Assembly (NCBI GenBank): GCA_030141605.1
Contig: JAQGDQ010002374.1
Span: 310,001-374,000 of the forward strand
Direction: 5' to 3'
Length of the DNA stretch: 64,000 bases
From: Tubiluchus corallicola
Lineage: Eukaryota > Animalia > Priapulida
Under the pieces are notes generated by a model that had not been told where the DNA came from, ran no database searches, and saw only the letters and a list, made by a program, of their open reading frames with translations. Within the stretch, counting starts at the first letter, position 1; every line of letters starts with the position of its first letter. This document shows, in pieces, positions 30,601-44,235 of this stretch. The position numbers and the translations under genes are program-made.

Positions 30601-33600
30601 AGCCCTTTCCAATTTCCCTGACTTTTTGCGCCATTTTCATCACTTTCCCTGACTTTTTACCAAATTATCTTTTCCCTGACTTTCCAGGATAGATTGTATT
30701 TTCAAGGATTTTCCCTGACCGTGGGAACCCTGTTATTATAAGCAAATTATGTTAAAATACTACTACTAGAGTTTTCTATTTTGTACTTAATTGGTGACAT
30801 AAACATTGTTATAAATTTAATAGTAAATTGTCGGCTGATAAATAATTGCCTTTTTTATTATGCTTTGGCTTGGATACTGATGGTGAGACAGGTTCCTCTT
30901 TTACTTGAACTGCATCACTGCAACTGTTAGTGGAAACGTCACTGTCACCCGTCTCGGTTTTAACCAGCGATTCCTGTCCTGATTTAACACTGTTGCCGAC
31001 CTCTTCTGGCTGTTGCTCGCCAATTTGCTCCTGAAAGTTATCACTTATAACCTCTTGTTTAACCTCTACTTTCACTTCCGGCTTGATTTCATTTTGACTC
31101 AGGCAAGACTGTGTATTTCCGCCCATTAGTGAACTTTGCGTACTGCCACCCTGCAAATCACAAAATCATTATTAATTATGTTGACATTGAGTATTTATAT
31201 ATTAAAAATAATACTGTTCTTTTATTAAATTATTCTTCTGATACACGTAAGAAAAGTTTGAAACTACTAATGTTGAACCAATAATGAAATATGTCAAAAA
31301 TTTTGACTAATAAAATTTTAGCTATAAAAAGTAGTAGCTGGAACTATAAATAAACCCTCACTTTTTGTGCCTGTTGAGGGAGGGGAGAAAAAAGAGACTG
31401 CTGCCCAGAAAGTGCACGCTGTGACTGCTGCTGATTTTCAGTTGACATAGGCATGGTCGATACTGCTGACTGAGACGTCGGATATTGACGCTGAAACTGT
31501 TGTTGCATTTGCAGCCGCTGCAAGTGAAGGGTAGCTTCAATCTTATCATACTGGAAAACAGAAACGCAAAGTGCTACAGACAAGTGTATACAGGGAAAAT
31601 AAAAAAGTAAGCCAACACAAATCTAGGACTACTGTCTCAATGTTAAAAAAATGAGCAACTGTGTAAGCACCATACCTCCATATTGTTTGATAATTCAGAT
31701 GGTTGAGAATTCCCCAAACCAGTAGCTGTTCCATTTAACATTGAATCTGATGAAGGAACCATATTAGATACCTACAGAATAAAATGTGTTTTTTGCTATA
31801 CACATTCCCTTAAGTAGGACTGTTTGGAAAATAAAAGCACCATTGTTTAATTAATGTTTTCCCTTTACAGATGTCAGTTTAAGTGTTGCTGAAAAGTGAT
31901 AACACAATAAAATTTAACAGAGCCAGCAAATTGATATATTATGCATTTTCTTTGGTTAAGGTGATGCTACATTACCGAATTCTCTAATAATGCAAACATA
32001 CCAAAAAGAATTAAATTTAATCTACCTGATTTGATGCAGGCCCCATCGAAGATGCAACATTAAAATTTCCTCCATTAGTTGTTTGCTCTATCATGTGCCG
32101 CAAAGGTGGTGACATAAGAGACTGGGTGCTTGCTGACTGTGCAGGCATGTTATATGGAGTTGGCTGATGCGACACCCCGGGCTGATGCGGTCGCACATTT
32201 GGCAAGGTGGGTGCAGGTGGATTACACAAAATCTCACTGTCCACACTTGGAATACAGGATGATGGATATGAACCATCTAAAACAAAAAGAATTAGTTTAT
32301 AATGTCGTACTAGGCGTTATGCGGGACTACGTGTATGCAATTAAAATTATACAAAAGTACCAGATACAACTTTGCCAGATTTGAATTTTTTGGTTGTTTT
32401 AAATCAAATCCAGGAATCCTCTGTCCAATCTGTACATTATGTATACATTTGCTGAAAAATTAAGACTTTTCAATTTTTGTTTACATTTTTGCTTTGTATG
32501 AAGCTTAGCTGCAAACATTCTGAAACCCAAGAGGTACTGTGTGAATTTTACTAAACAGATGCTTGCTTTATTGTATGACTAAGTTATGAATGCTCACTAA
32601 CGTTGAAGTTTGGGTAATAGTGACCTAGCTCATAAACAAGGTAATAATCTTGACAGTCACAGTCATAATCAACAAAAATGCTATAAAATGAAACATTTAA
32701 TTTTGTAGAGGTATTCGAAGTTTCAGTTTTGAAAGCATATACTGTATTTCCGATATCAACGTGATAATAGTCGTGAGGCAGTACAGCAGATTCACACATA
32801 CACTCACTCACTTACTAGTTATGTCTGGTATTGCTTAATTTTGGTCGATCAGCACATGCCGTGAGAAATCAGCTATTATACTTCCGTTCAGCACAGAATA
32901 GCTTTTGCTAAGCATTAATTTGCCTTTTTGGTAATACAAACAAGTAAATTTTTTTTAATGTTCAAATGTATTAAATTTTAACTGAAAAAATATTTCAGAC
33001 AGCATGTGTATTAGGATTTTTGGCACTCTCGGCGAAAAATTTCTGTTCAAGAATTCTTTTACTAGCTTTAGGAACTTGCGTATTTCCCACATACACATGA
33101 TCAGGGGAAACCTTTAACATACATAGCACTACGTAAGCTTGTATTACGGAAGCTGCAGATACTGCATCTTGCCGTTAAACCGTGGTGCGGAGTTAAGAAC
33201 GAAAAAATTGAATGTTTAATCACAACCACAGGCAGTTTGATTTGATTTTCAGGAATCGCATGTTGATTTGATTGTGGTGTGATAATTGTTTATGCTTTAA
33301 TTTTTGTGCTATTAGAAAAGAAAACTCCTATGAAGAATAAAAACCCAAAAATGTCACTGCTCTTGTCGAACGTTTTCTAAACATAAATTCAGATTATATG
33401 TTTTTGCCAATCCCGACACATTGACGCAATGCACAGATCAAATTTTAGTGTATATGCATGTTCAACAAATGTGGTGATAATGATTGTGTAGTTAACCAGC
33501 ACGCATGCTCTCACTTCATTAAAGTCAAACTAAACCCTCACTATTATATACGCTTTTACAACTTAATATCCTACTCTCAATATGAATATTCAATTTATTT

Positions 33601-36600
33601 TATTATAAACTTACTGTAAAACTCGTCACTCTTAATTTTTTATCACTTGATTGTCAGCCATATTAAATTAACAACTTAATGAGTACAGTCACACAGTCAC
33701 CAAATATCGGTAACCAAAGACGCTTTTTGTATCTCGTACATCATTTTTGCTCACTTGCGCCAAAGACACGAAACATGGCGATGTATGCATTCAAAATTCG
33801 CCAGAAAAAGGTAAGTTATTTAATTTATGTTTTTTTAATAATAATAACTACGACTTCTTTGCTTTACCATAATAATGTGTTAAAAAAATTTCAATGTCTG
33901 TAGGGATTATATAGGCCTTTAATGTTCCTATTTTTACTTAATAGGAACTGCACTGATATTCTACTACATGTGCACTAATAATGCATGCTATATTATATCC
34001 AAAAGCGAAGGAAAAAGTTAACAGCTTACTTTGAGGCCTATACATAGATAAATCAAAATTCTATAAAGCCTTGCAGACACAATTTTAGTAATGCAGAAAC
34101 GGAAATTTCAAAAATTTATGTAACTTAAAATCTGTTCTCATTGTATTTGGCTTGTGTAACCGATCTTTTGTTATGTAGTTTTTATGGCATAGCATTTTTA
34201 TGGAGATACAATAATATAAATATAATACTTTATAAAAAAAGTCAAGTCAAGTTTGCTCGTACTTTTTACAAAATTAAATGCTCTGTACAGGAAAGGAGTT
34301 GTCATTTAGATGATGTTACCAAAGGATGTTGCCTTAAAAATAACCTGTTAACAAAAATTACCAGGTTTTATTGACAATATGGCTGACTTTGGTTAATTGA
34401 AATAAATGTGGATTATTACCATCGACCCATTGCAAAAAGGGAATTCGACCCACGATTTGGCCATATTTAGCTATAATTTCAAGCTTTGTTTCCATCGACA
34501 TCATCCTTTTCTTCTTATCACTGCCACTGGCACTTGATTTTTTCGGACCCATGGTTATAGAATGCGTTCACGTGAGATAAGAGCGCAACAAAGCGTTCAC
34601 GTGATGCTACGAAATGCATTCTGGGAGTACCGCTGTCGGGCAGCACTTTCGATTTTCGTTTTCGTATCTTGAACGTTTAACTGGGACGGAAATTTCTTCG
34701 AAACCCGATTCGTATTCTGAATTTTTTGTATAATAAGGTTTTCATAAGTCGAGGTTCCTATGTATTACAAAAATAGCTTAAAATGCTTTAGAATAGTTTT
34801 CAAATAAGCAACCAGCTTTACCAATGATAATTTGTTGGAGCAGTAGCTGTGACCTGATGAATAAAAGAACTCGACAGCAATACTACAAACTTAGTTACTA
34901 ATGGTAAGGTTCACGTAAACGCAAAGTCCGCTCAAGCTAAAATTCTTTAAGTAACCGAGGTTCATGAGTATTAACAGCGGATAAAATCAATTCGAAACTA
35001 TTTACCAAACCAGCCAAAACCCACCAGCTTTGACCAGAACATAAACTTGCACTTACTTGACATAACGACTAGTTGTGAGGGGTTCAAATGATCAGAAGGG
35101 TGAGGCTGCCCACCTCGTTGCCTGTTTTGTCGCTTTTCTTCTAATTCTTTCTGGATTTTATAAATCTTTTCAGCCAGTAGTTGATAATAGGCTTCCTATA
35201 AGCAGCAATTCAAAATGTATTAGTGTTACATCATGGCACAAAATTAATAAGAATTCACCAGATTTCGAGATTTGTACGACACCATTAGGGTAATAAAGCT
35301 AGCAATCAATCGGGTAACCTGAGCAATTCGTTAATATAATACCACCCATTATGAACACAAAACAAACGTACTCTTACTTTTGCCTAGTAAGTTACAGTAA
35401 AAAAAAACCTATGCTAATAAAATCAACTCACTCGACTTGTTGCAGTTTCAAACATATCTGATTCCACTTTCTGCGCATACTTGACTAGGTTAATCATCCT
35501 ACGATCCTGAAGTGCAGCTGGGTCAGGGGTAGGGAAGATTGCTTGCACCCTGAAAATATTGTCATGCTGTAGTCATGACTATTAAAATCATAGATGATGA
35601 CAGACAGGAAAAGAAATTTGTTAATACTAAAATAAGTAAACAGAGTCAGTTTTAACAATTTCCCAAAAAATAAAAAATAGTACAATTCTTTTATTCTTTT
35701 ACTCGCAGCACGCAGCACAGTAACTTAAAGCTATAAAGAAACATATGGCAAGTTTGCACGCATGTGAATTGGTACAGCTAATAATTAAGTATACAAATTG
35801 CAAATGACGGCCATTTCACATCAGTTGTGAAGCAGTGTGTTATTTACCAAGGAAGCTGACAAATTAGCCGATTTTTACCATAATTTTTACGTGCACACGC
35901 AAACCGATAACAAAAAAATAATAATAAAGAATAAAGCATTTAAAAACTTAAATAAGTAAAAACTAGAATACATAACTTACAATTTTTGGACTAAATGGTT
36001 ACGCAGATCTGGGGCAACATTACTATGCCACGGCTTAGGATTTTGAGATGCAGGCTGAACAATCGGTAGTGATAAACTCTGTTGCTCCTGCAGAGTAGCT
36101 TGTAATGACTGTGGTAATCCGGCATGGACACTTGTGGGAAGCCCTCCTATCATCTGATTTTGATTTGCCATTGGTGAATTAGCCACGCCTGGAGGCAGAG
36201 CAGGATTCGTGGGTCCATTCGCATAGGCAATGCCCGGTAATGGCGGTGAGGTGAACCGAAGTGATGGACCCGTTGTACCATTGCCTGTCAGATGAGATGC
36301 GATGGCAGCTGAAATTGCATAAATAACAATTAATTAGACTCAGCAGTTTACGACTCAATACGCATAAACTGAAGGCACAAAACAAACAAAACCAGTAGTA
36401 CAGTAAACAAACAAAGCACAATCAATTTCCAAATTAATAAAAACGAGTTTGTAACATTAAATACAAGCTCATTCTAATCAAAATTTTCGCAAACGTAATC
36501 AAGATTTAAGTTATTACAAGAGACAATATGAAGCAAATATAATACATACATGGTCTTAGCTGATGTTGTCCCAAAAACTGTGGAGCCCTTTTTGGTCGCA

Positions 36601-39600
36601 TCATTTGGTTTGGAGCTTGATTGTTTTGTGATGATACGCTAATGCTGCTCACAACCATATTTGGTAGTTTATCAGACTGGGAAAGTAAGGCCATTGGTTG
36701 ACTGCTGAGTGCATTAACAAAATTTGGCTGTCCAGTTATGTTTGACATACCTAGAAAATCAAATTAATGGGAGAATTATCACAACGGCAGTAAGTTCTCA
36801 CCACAAAGACACAAACAAGACATGCACAAAAGTAAAAACACTCCTCCCACTTTCTCTTGAAAAAACTTACAATATTTGTTTAACTAAATGTTCAGTTTGT
36901 TAATTTTGTTATAAGTACGTAGCGCTTAATTTCATACCTAGAGGAGCTGTTTGAACGGGCTGTGAAGACAACTGCTCCGCACTCTGAATCGATACTCCAA
37001 TAGTACCGGATTGCGGAGCAGCAGCAGTGCTTCCTATTTGGCTTTGTTGTGTAATAGCCACCACCGTGGACACTGGACGCTTGTCAGATGCATTCTTTAA
37101 TGGCAAACACACTGGACAGTCTGCCCGAGTACAGTTCTTCCAATGTGTGATAATCTGTCGTGACGATGCACAATGAGGAACTGTATATAAATAAAAACCG
37201 CAATCAATGACCTAGCATTTACAAGGGATGAATTTTTCAAAACTCATCACTTTATAATCTCAAATTGTACTTCAATTGGCTAAAGAACTTAATTGTTATA
37301 CCATAATAATTAATGTAATATTAAGAACTGTCAAACACAGTCTTGCCAATACTCATAAGCCCTCTACAAATGTACATCGCAACCATTCACTGGAAGCATT
37401 ATAAGTTGGAAAGTACAAAATTACTTACGAAAAGGTGCTTGTAAGTGTTAATAAACAAATGAAGAAAGAATAGCGGCAGATTAAAGGTCTACTACTTTAT
37501 CTAAGATGAAACAACGATGAATGCACAAAGAAACATGGTGATAACATTTATTATGGTGATAATGAAATGCACCAAAATGGACTAATAATTTAAAAACAGA
37601 AATGAGTTTTGCATAGTCATAAGATAGCATTCAAATATGGGAAGTCACAAAGCTTCACCAGAATCCGAATTAGAGCTCTGATTTCCTTAAGTTCTATGTT
37701 ACTTTAGAACAACCGCAATTTGGCAGAATTTTTTTGTATAGCTTTGGCTGCAGAAACAATTCTGCGGCTCTTAAAAACAAAAGCAATTATACACTCTCAA
37801 ACACGAGTAAAAAGATATCTGAGTAATTCTAACCGAAGCAAGCTAAATATATAATTAAAACTGAGTATCTAAGGAACTGGCAATGTTACATGATATTTCA
37901 TGAAAGAAACACGATACTGCTATAAGGTAAAATTCTCCCCATCTCTTGAAGCAACAAATAGGTGAAACAGCTTTAAACAAAACTGTAATCTGGTAATAGA
38001 TTTTTCTAACACATATAAAGCACTATAGACAACATATTAACATTATGCAACTCACCTAAGCACCTTCGACCATCCTGGCAAGTGGTCATATGATTCAATA
38101 CATCCTTCATGGTTCTACAGTGAGGCAACTGACACGGTCGTATCTCGCCATTGGTAGCTGAACGACGTTCACGTTGCGCACACTTATGTGCATGCAAGAG
38201 CAACACTAGCTGTTGCTGGATGAGCTTTCTTTTTTCCGGGTCTGTAGCTGGAGTAGAACCAGATTGACTGGGCTGTCAAAATTCAATAAAGATTTTACCA
38301 AAACAGCCACAAATTAATTGAGAAGGCGACAGCATCTAACTTTTTAAAGCTTCTAACTAGTTCAAAATATATGACAGGCAAAATTTAAGCAATTGAGCAT
38401 TTCTTCGTCTGTAAATGACTACATGCGGGATGAAATTAAATAACATCATTTATGTGAATCAGCTGAATAATAATTATGTACATTATGATTGTAAGTTTCT
38501 GAGACTATGATGCGTTTCTTCGAAGGTGGCATATATTTTCTAAATCACCAAGAAGTTTATTTTCGAACAACAAAGCCATAAGAAGAAGTATCAATAACTT
38601 TAATCCACGAATTTTGAAATACTTTATAGAATTTGCTGATTTTCTTCCCAGAACGAAGTTTACAGCGAGTTCATATGTGACCCAGCCAGTTTCTGCTTTC
38701 CATTTCGGCTGTTAGGAGATGCAAAAAGTTATCTGTTACTGAAACCAAATTAAAACACAATTCTTCATGGTTAATTTCAAATTTTCTAAATTACCTCATT
38801 TTGATTACGCGCCATCATTGCACCAAGTGCACCACCAGCTGAGCTTGTATCGCCTGTGCCACCTGCCAAACTTTGTGCAGGCAAAGGCATTCGTGGGGGT
38901 GCACCACCTACTGCTGGACAACTACTGACCATAGGGAATTCCGTGCTGCAAGAGTTGAATTGAGCATCACCTGTAGCTGGCATCATTTGCTGTCGAGGTA
39001 CAGGCGAGTTGGTTGAAGATGTTGCAGCAAACTGAAAAACAGAAAACTAAACGTGCAAAAAACAATTACAAACACGTTACCTTAATCAAATCTTGATGTA
39101 CCAGTGTACACATAGATCCCAAGCATATAGATGTTAACAAAGCTTTTGACATACATACTTGAGATTTATGCAAACATGCTATACATTTGGAGTATATAAG
39201 CTAATAGGTAATCAGATTGAAAAACAAACAAAAAATTTACTGAAAAATGCACAAATGAACACCAATGCCAAACTTGTGATTTTTAATATTGTTTCAAATG
39301 ACATTTTGAGTCAAAACTTACAAAGACAGAAGCATAAATTAGTTGACAATAATTAGACTATTCAGCCATGTAAAAAACAGTTTTTCTGTGGAATATAAAA
39401 TGGATTTGCTTACATTTAACAATAATAATTTAAACAAAAAATTTTAACGAAGACTGCTGAAAATACCCAGATAAAAACTATTAAATGCATTCAAAAAAAG
39501 AATAAAGTAAGCAGAAGCAGCAACTTCAATACCGACAATAAATGCACCAATATATTAGGGTAACCTTCTTATGGTAATATATATTATGCACAAAAATATA

Positions 39601-42600
39601 ATGTATGGAATATATTACAGCCAGGTGTCTCACCTGAGACATTGCTTGCGAATCTGGTAAGCAATTGCTTCCCTTCATCATTGTAGTTGTTGCTTGCAAT
39701 GCATTACACACTTGTGGATGACCATATGCTTTATTATTGTAAGCCTGTTGCTGGCTTCCTCCTGCAGATGGCATCACGTTTGTTTGCAACAATGTACTTT
39801 TATTGGCTGCAGAGGAGCCAGCACTGTTTGATGGCAACATTAGGCCCAGTTCAGACGATGAAACTAGTGTTCTGTTTGCAGACGTCTGAGATACGTTCAA
39901 CAGTTGATTAGACAATTGCACTTCGGCAACACTCGAAGACTTATTACTATTTACATTGTTCTGAACAGAAAAACCAGGTGATGTCGGAGAGCTCGAGTAC
40001 GTACTGTTGGAGAAAACGCCAGACGAAGGGCTGCTCGTAAATCCAGACACAGTCACGTTAACCTGCGGACTACTAGAAGGTGTTGCTGATTTACTGTTTA
40101 CAATATTTGGCGGTGGAGATGCCAAGTGATTGTAAATTGGGCTTCGCTGAAATCCAGGACTGGAAGTTGCGCCACGAGTGGCACATTGTGGACTACTGGA
40201 CTTCGGTCCTGCTTTGTTTGGTAAGAGCCGGGCTAAAGAAGGGTTGTCTATTATAGTGCCGTTTACTAGACTCTGCGACGATGGTGCACTGAGAGTTGTG
40301 GAGTTGCTAGATGGAGGCGGATGTTCTCCCATGACAGATTCCCAAAAACTGTCAAAGGCATCTGAAAAAATAAGCAACACAAATGATGTTTGAATTCTAA
40401 AGCTACAATGTAAAGTTAGAGACATGTACAATATTATTTTTTGTGCAATATGGACAAATGGATTATACTTTATACAAGTAATGTAGCATTCAGCGAAACG
40501 GCCTACTCAATACGTTGGTATTTGTGACGAGTCTGGATCTTAGCTCAATGTCAGGGGGTAATGGTTTCTCAGAGGATTAGTCTTGGTAATGACCCAGGTT
40601 ATGGTACATTGTTCTGAACGGTAAAACCAGGTGATGGTTGGAGAGCTGGTTTTGCGGCAGTCAACCTGTCAAATCCTATAATGTTGAAAAAACTTCTTTA
40701 GATGAAATTGTGTTTTAAAATCATCATTAAGTATATCCGATTGAGAAGCAAATTCAAACACAAATAAGAGCGATTCTGCAATAATGAATTAGCCGTGCAT
40801 AACTAATGTGCCCAGTAAGGGCCATTGAATTTAGTTTTACAACAATGCACGTGTTTAAAATCAATGAACTTTTTGTTTACTGTGTAATATGTGACAAAAT
40901 GTATTTCATTTTCGCAGTGAAACTGCAACTTATTGATAAACACAGTATGTCAAATGTCTGCAAAAAGCGCTCATTATGGAAATGCTATTTTTTAATTCCA
41001 CTCTTCCATTTCTTTCGAAAACTGAACTTTTCGAAAACAGATTTTCCTGATATTTAGCAAAATTTTGCTATTTCACGATAAATCAAACTGCAGATATTTG
41101 CATAAATATCGACCAATTTTGATCTGGTTAAACTTTCATAGTTACAGTACTGGGCTGGCGCGCACTTGTGAGATAGGGTACCAAGCATAGCCGCCCACAA
41201 TCCAATGTCTCTACATTTCTGCAATATGAGATAACTCAGCTAGGTGGCTAACAGTTAAGCTTATTAACTTTCACACAACCTCAAGTTGCACAGCTCCATT
41301 GTTGAACACTTAAACATGTCTAGCCACAGCTGCTCAGGCAGCATTTAACTAAAGGAGTTGTTTGGGACTTCGTTAATCATTAACAATTTCTTGCTAGACT
41401 GTTTTAATTTTGCAATTTAAGCATCAGTGATAAGCTTTTCTCATATTTTTCGGGCAAAGGAAAACATTTCATACATTGTAAGGTTGTCAAATTGCTGTAC
41501 AAAATTAATGTTGTATAGAATAATTCTTTACACATTGAAAAAAATGAAACAGACAGATTTTTTAACTGTCTGGCCTAATTTCCAATAGAAAAATTGCTTG
41601 TACCAAGTACTGTAATGTACATCACCAGTATTCAAATAAGATTAATAAATTAAGGTGGGCCTCAAAACAAAACTGTTTATGTCTTACCTCATGAATTCAA
41701 AAGGGATTTAGAGAGGGAGGAAACAAATTTTCTTTCCTTTAGTTTGTGTTTCAGTTTTTTCGTATGGTATGAATGAGATATATGGGACAGATGATTATCT
41801 TTTTCGTGTCCTTGGTAAGAACATATGTTCTAATAATTATAATCGACAACACTACTAGGTCGTTAATATGATAATTTGACAGAAAATTCAATCATTTTTA
41901 GCTACCAATTGATATGATAATAAGCACTTTACAGAATGGTAACCACGGCCTAAAGTTAGCCATAAAAAACATGGTTGCGTCCTCGCCGAAATATTAAATT
42001 AAAAAAATGCACGCATACGATTGTCAGGTACCTATGAACATACAAAAAGATTATAAAATTCACGGCTGGTTGTGCACTAAAAATATTCCGAGTGAGTGTA
42101 TTTAGTTGTCTAAATCATAAAGTTAAACTTGGTTTTGTTCATATTTTTATATTTTATATATGGTTGATTATGCCTGGGATGAAAGGAGATCTTAAAGCTT
42201 CACAGTCATCAGCAATGAAGATGTGCAGCATTGCCATGTAAAAATGTTCGAAAAAGTTAAATAAATGACAATTTCTCTTTATATGAAGTATTTTACCTAA
42301 GATTTTTCGGTGGTTTTTGACATCTAAAGAAAAGAAAAGGTAAGCTGGATAAATACTACTAGTACCTCGGAAAAATGCAACCGAAAATTAGTGAAAGTGT
42401 CTGGAAAACTTAATAATTTTTGACAAAAACGAAACTGAACCGAAAAGGTAACTATCAGCAAACTGAAACGAAATTTCCATTTTGGTAACATTCCCACTGC
42501 TGACACATTACTTTTTGCTCAGACTGTGACCGATTAATAATATCTGTGCAATATAATATAAAGAAAAAAATATTTTACATAATATACAAAATCAATATAT

Positions 42601-43069
42601 TCCATTAAACATGTATAACATAACTTTATTATATTTGTAATTTACATTTAAATTTTCTAGTTGTTAGCTAGATTTTGTTTGGAAGCCTGCACAGTTATTG
42701 GTTTCAATTCGATTCACGAAAAAATAAGAATAGAAATCAGTTTTCTATGTTACACATGCGTGATTCTAAAAATTTACTCAGTTAGGCTTAAATCGTCAAG
42801 TTTAAAATTGCGTGAAATTGTAGCATGGTTTTTACAGTGAATTTTACAGACCTGTTTAAATGTAGCTCATTCCAGGGGAAACTCTACTCTAGTACAATAT
42901 ACATTATAAATTGAATTACTACACTCTAGTCAAATCAGAGTGGAAAAAAATAGAAAATATTTTTTAAATTACCATGATTAGATAAAGAAAGTGTTGGAGA
43001 TGACAGTTTCTGTCTTTTGGCAGGCAAATCTTCTTGGCCAAGTTCGTGAACCTGATGTCGTTCAGCCAT
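18695..43069 (-). CDS. CREBBP: CREB-binding protein / p300 histone acetyltransferase, about 2382 aa, 30 coding exons
   Basis: Exons in transcript order: 43069-42973, 40361-39634, 39031-38795, 38272-38056, 37180-36938, 36750-36550, 36308-35981, 35549-35432, 35195-35057, 32276-32026, 31771-31676, 31550-31362, 31150-30850, 29611-29496, 28216-28046, 27775-27618, 25979-25899, 25184-25050, 24750-24683, 24276-24129, 23730-23584, 23439-23326, 23230-23065, 22885-22658, 22534-22379, 22172-21897, 21679-21275, 20751-20533, 20216-20004, 19897-18695 (7149 nt, phases consistent). Domains in order: MAE...[10 protein letters not shown]-terminus, TAZ1 ([21 protein letters not shown]), KIX ([19 protein letters not shown]), bromodomain, RING/PHD, HAT ([28 protein letters not shown]), ZZ, TAZ2, NCBD ([24 protein letters not shown]). 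Low-complexity exons are less certain. Confidence 0.96.
28586..29309 (-). mobile_element. Non-autonomous pogo/Tigger-type DNA transposon in a CBP intron
   Basis: TIRs CAGTGGACTCTCGTTATAAGAATCAC / GTGATTCTTGTAACGAGAATCCACTG, TA on both flanks, repeated subterminal GATTCTTATA motifs and a residual 48-aa ORF at 29051-28905. Confidence 0.9.
29815..30176 (+). mobile_element. Degenerate 3' end of an RTE-like non-LTR retrotransposon
   Basis: Purine-rich decayed coding sequence reading CLRRIL...LRKKRWN...GRPRTT, typical of the RTE-clade C-terminus; stops and frameshifts present. Confidence 0.6.
30310..30732. mobile_element. MITE with 12-bp TIRs and internal TCCCTGAC repeats
   Basis: CAGGGTTCCCAC / GTGGGAACCCTG perfect inverted ends; flanks TAACTATAA / TTATTATAA (7/9 match, possible decayed 9-bp TSD); several TTCCCTGAC copies. 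Confidence 0.8.
34400..34764 (-). mobile_element. 5' fragment of a Tigger/pogo transposon
   Basis: ORF start [30 protein letters not shown] resembles the Tigger transposase N-terminal HTH; decayed TIR TACATAGGAACCTCGACTTATGAA on the minus strand at 34764-34741. Confidence 0.75.
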
Positions 43070-43099
43070 GGTAATGTTGACAACGAACTGCTTGAAAGT

Positions 43100-43650
43100 T
43101 TTTCACCAAAGCAGTACGAAACGGTGACTACACAACTCAAAATAATTGCACCAAATTATCAGCTACTCGCAAAGTAACAAATAAATAAAAGAAACGTAAA
43201 AATTCATAATAAAATCTCGTTGGCTGTTCAGGGCATCACAGTTTTAACAGGTAAACAAGCGTCCAAAACGACTACTCAATGCGCATATTAACACTGTACA
43301 AAAGTCATTAGTAATATGAACATGTGAACGCCCAGCGAAAATGTTTTTTGCACATATTTACTGCTGGTACTCTCGTGCATATTTTCGAAAAGAATAATTT
43401 ATACATAACACAAATTAAGGCAGCTAAAGCGAATATAAAATCTACGAACTCCGGTGCCCAAAATCTACGTGAAAATGGCGGCCGCTGTGAAAACTTACGA
43501 CAAACAACGAAGTTTGCCGACCCGGAAACACCCGAGCGAAAAGTAATTAGCATAATACCACGTGATCGCCTACTGCATGCGCCAGCACAGTGCGCACTTT
43601 GGTCATAGTTTTCTGCTGCTGTACGGCGACCGCCGTTGTCTGTTCTGTTC
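43100..43650 (-). promoter_or_regulatory. Probable CBP 5' UTR/promoter region
   Basis: CpG-enriched patch directly upstream of the CBP ATG, with a YY1-type motif AAAATGGCGGC at about 43472-43482. Confidence 0.45.
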
Positions 43651-43937
43651 ATGTTTCAAGTTTTCAAAAATAGAGAACTATTACATATCTTTTATCGAAA
43701 TCTCTTGTTCTAAATTTACTGCTCCAAAGTACATTGGAACTAAAAATTTTTATGTCCTACAAAAGCACTATTTGATATGGTGCATCTATAGAAAATCATT
43801 TTTCCAGTTTACTCAGAACCAATTAATACACTGCTGTTATACTGTCGTGATTAGGGGTTAAGCGAGTACACTCAGAAACCCGTAACTCCAGAAACACTAT
43901 GGGCTTTAATCTTTCTAAGCAGTCTTCGATGAGCAAA

Positions 43938-44235
43938 GCCATGGCAAAATCAAAATAAACGACATCAACAGGACTTCCTTGATCAAGCATAGAAGTGATA
44001 TCACCGAAAAAACTTATTGGATTGGTCAAGCAAGAATGGCCTTTAGTGAATCCATGTTAGGAGTCAAATAATATTCTTTTCAAAATGAACAATGATATAA
44101 CTCCGCAAAATAGATCTCATGACTTTACATACTAATGAAGTTAAAGAAATAGGCCAATAATTACCAGGATCACTACACAGGCCTTTCTTAAAAATAAGTG
44201 TTACGTTGGCTAACTTCCAACTATGAGGTAGTGAA
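43938..44235 (-). mobile_element. CR1-like LINE reverse-transcriptase fragment (degenerate)
   Basis: Minus strand reads WKLANVTLIFKKG...DPGNYWPISLTSLVCKVM, then HGFTKGHSCLTNPISFFGDITSMLDQGSPVDVVYFDF, matching the N-terminal motifs of CR1 RT. Confidence 0.88.

Noticed and set aside
30179-30643. 154-aa minus-strand ORF in a CBP intron
   Set aside because: Runs through the 30310-30732 MITE and its flank and has no transposase or CBP motifs.
43308-43652. ORFs on both strands upstream of CBP
   Set aside because: Explained by GC-rich promoter/5' UTR composition; no recognisable protein.
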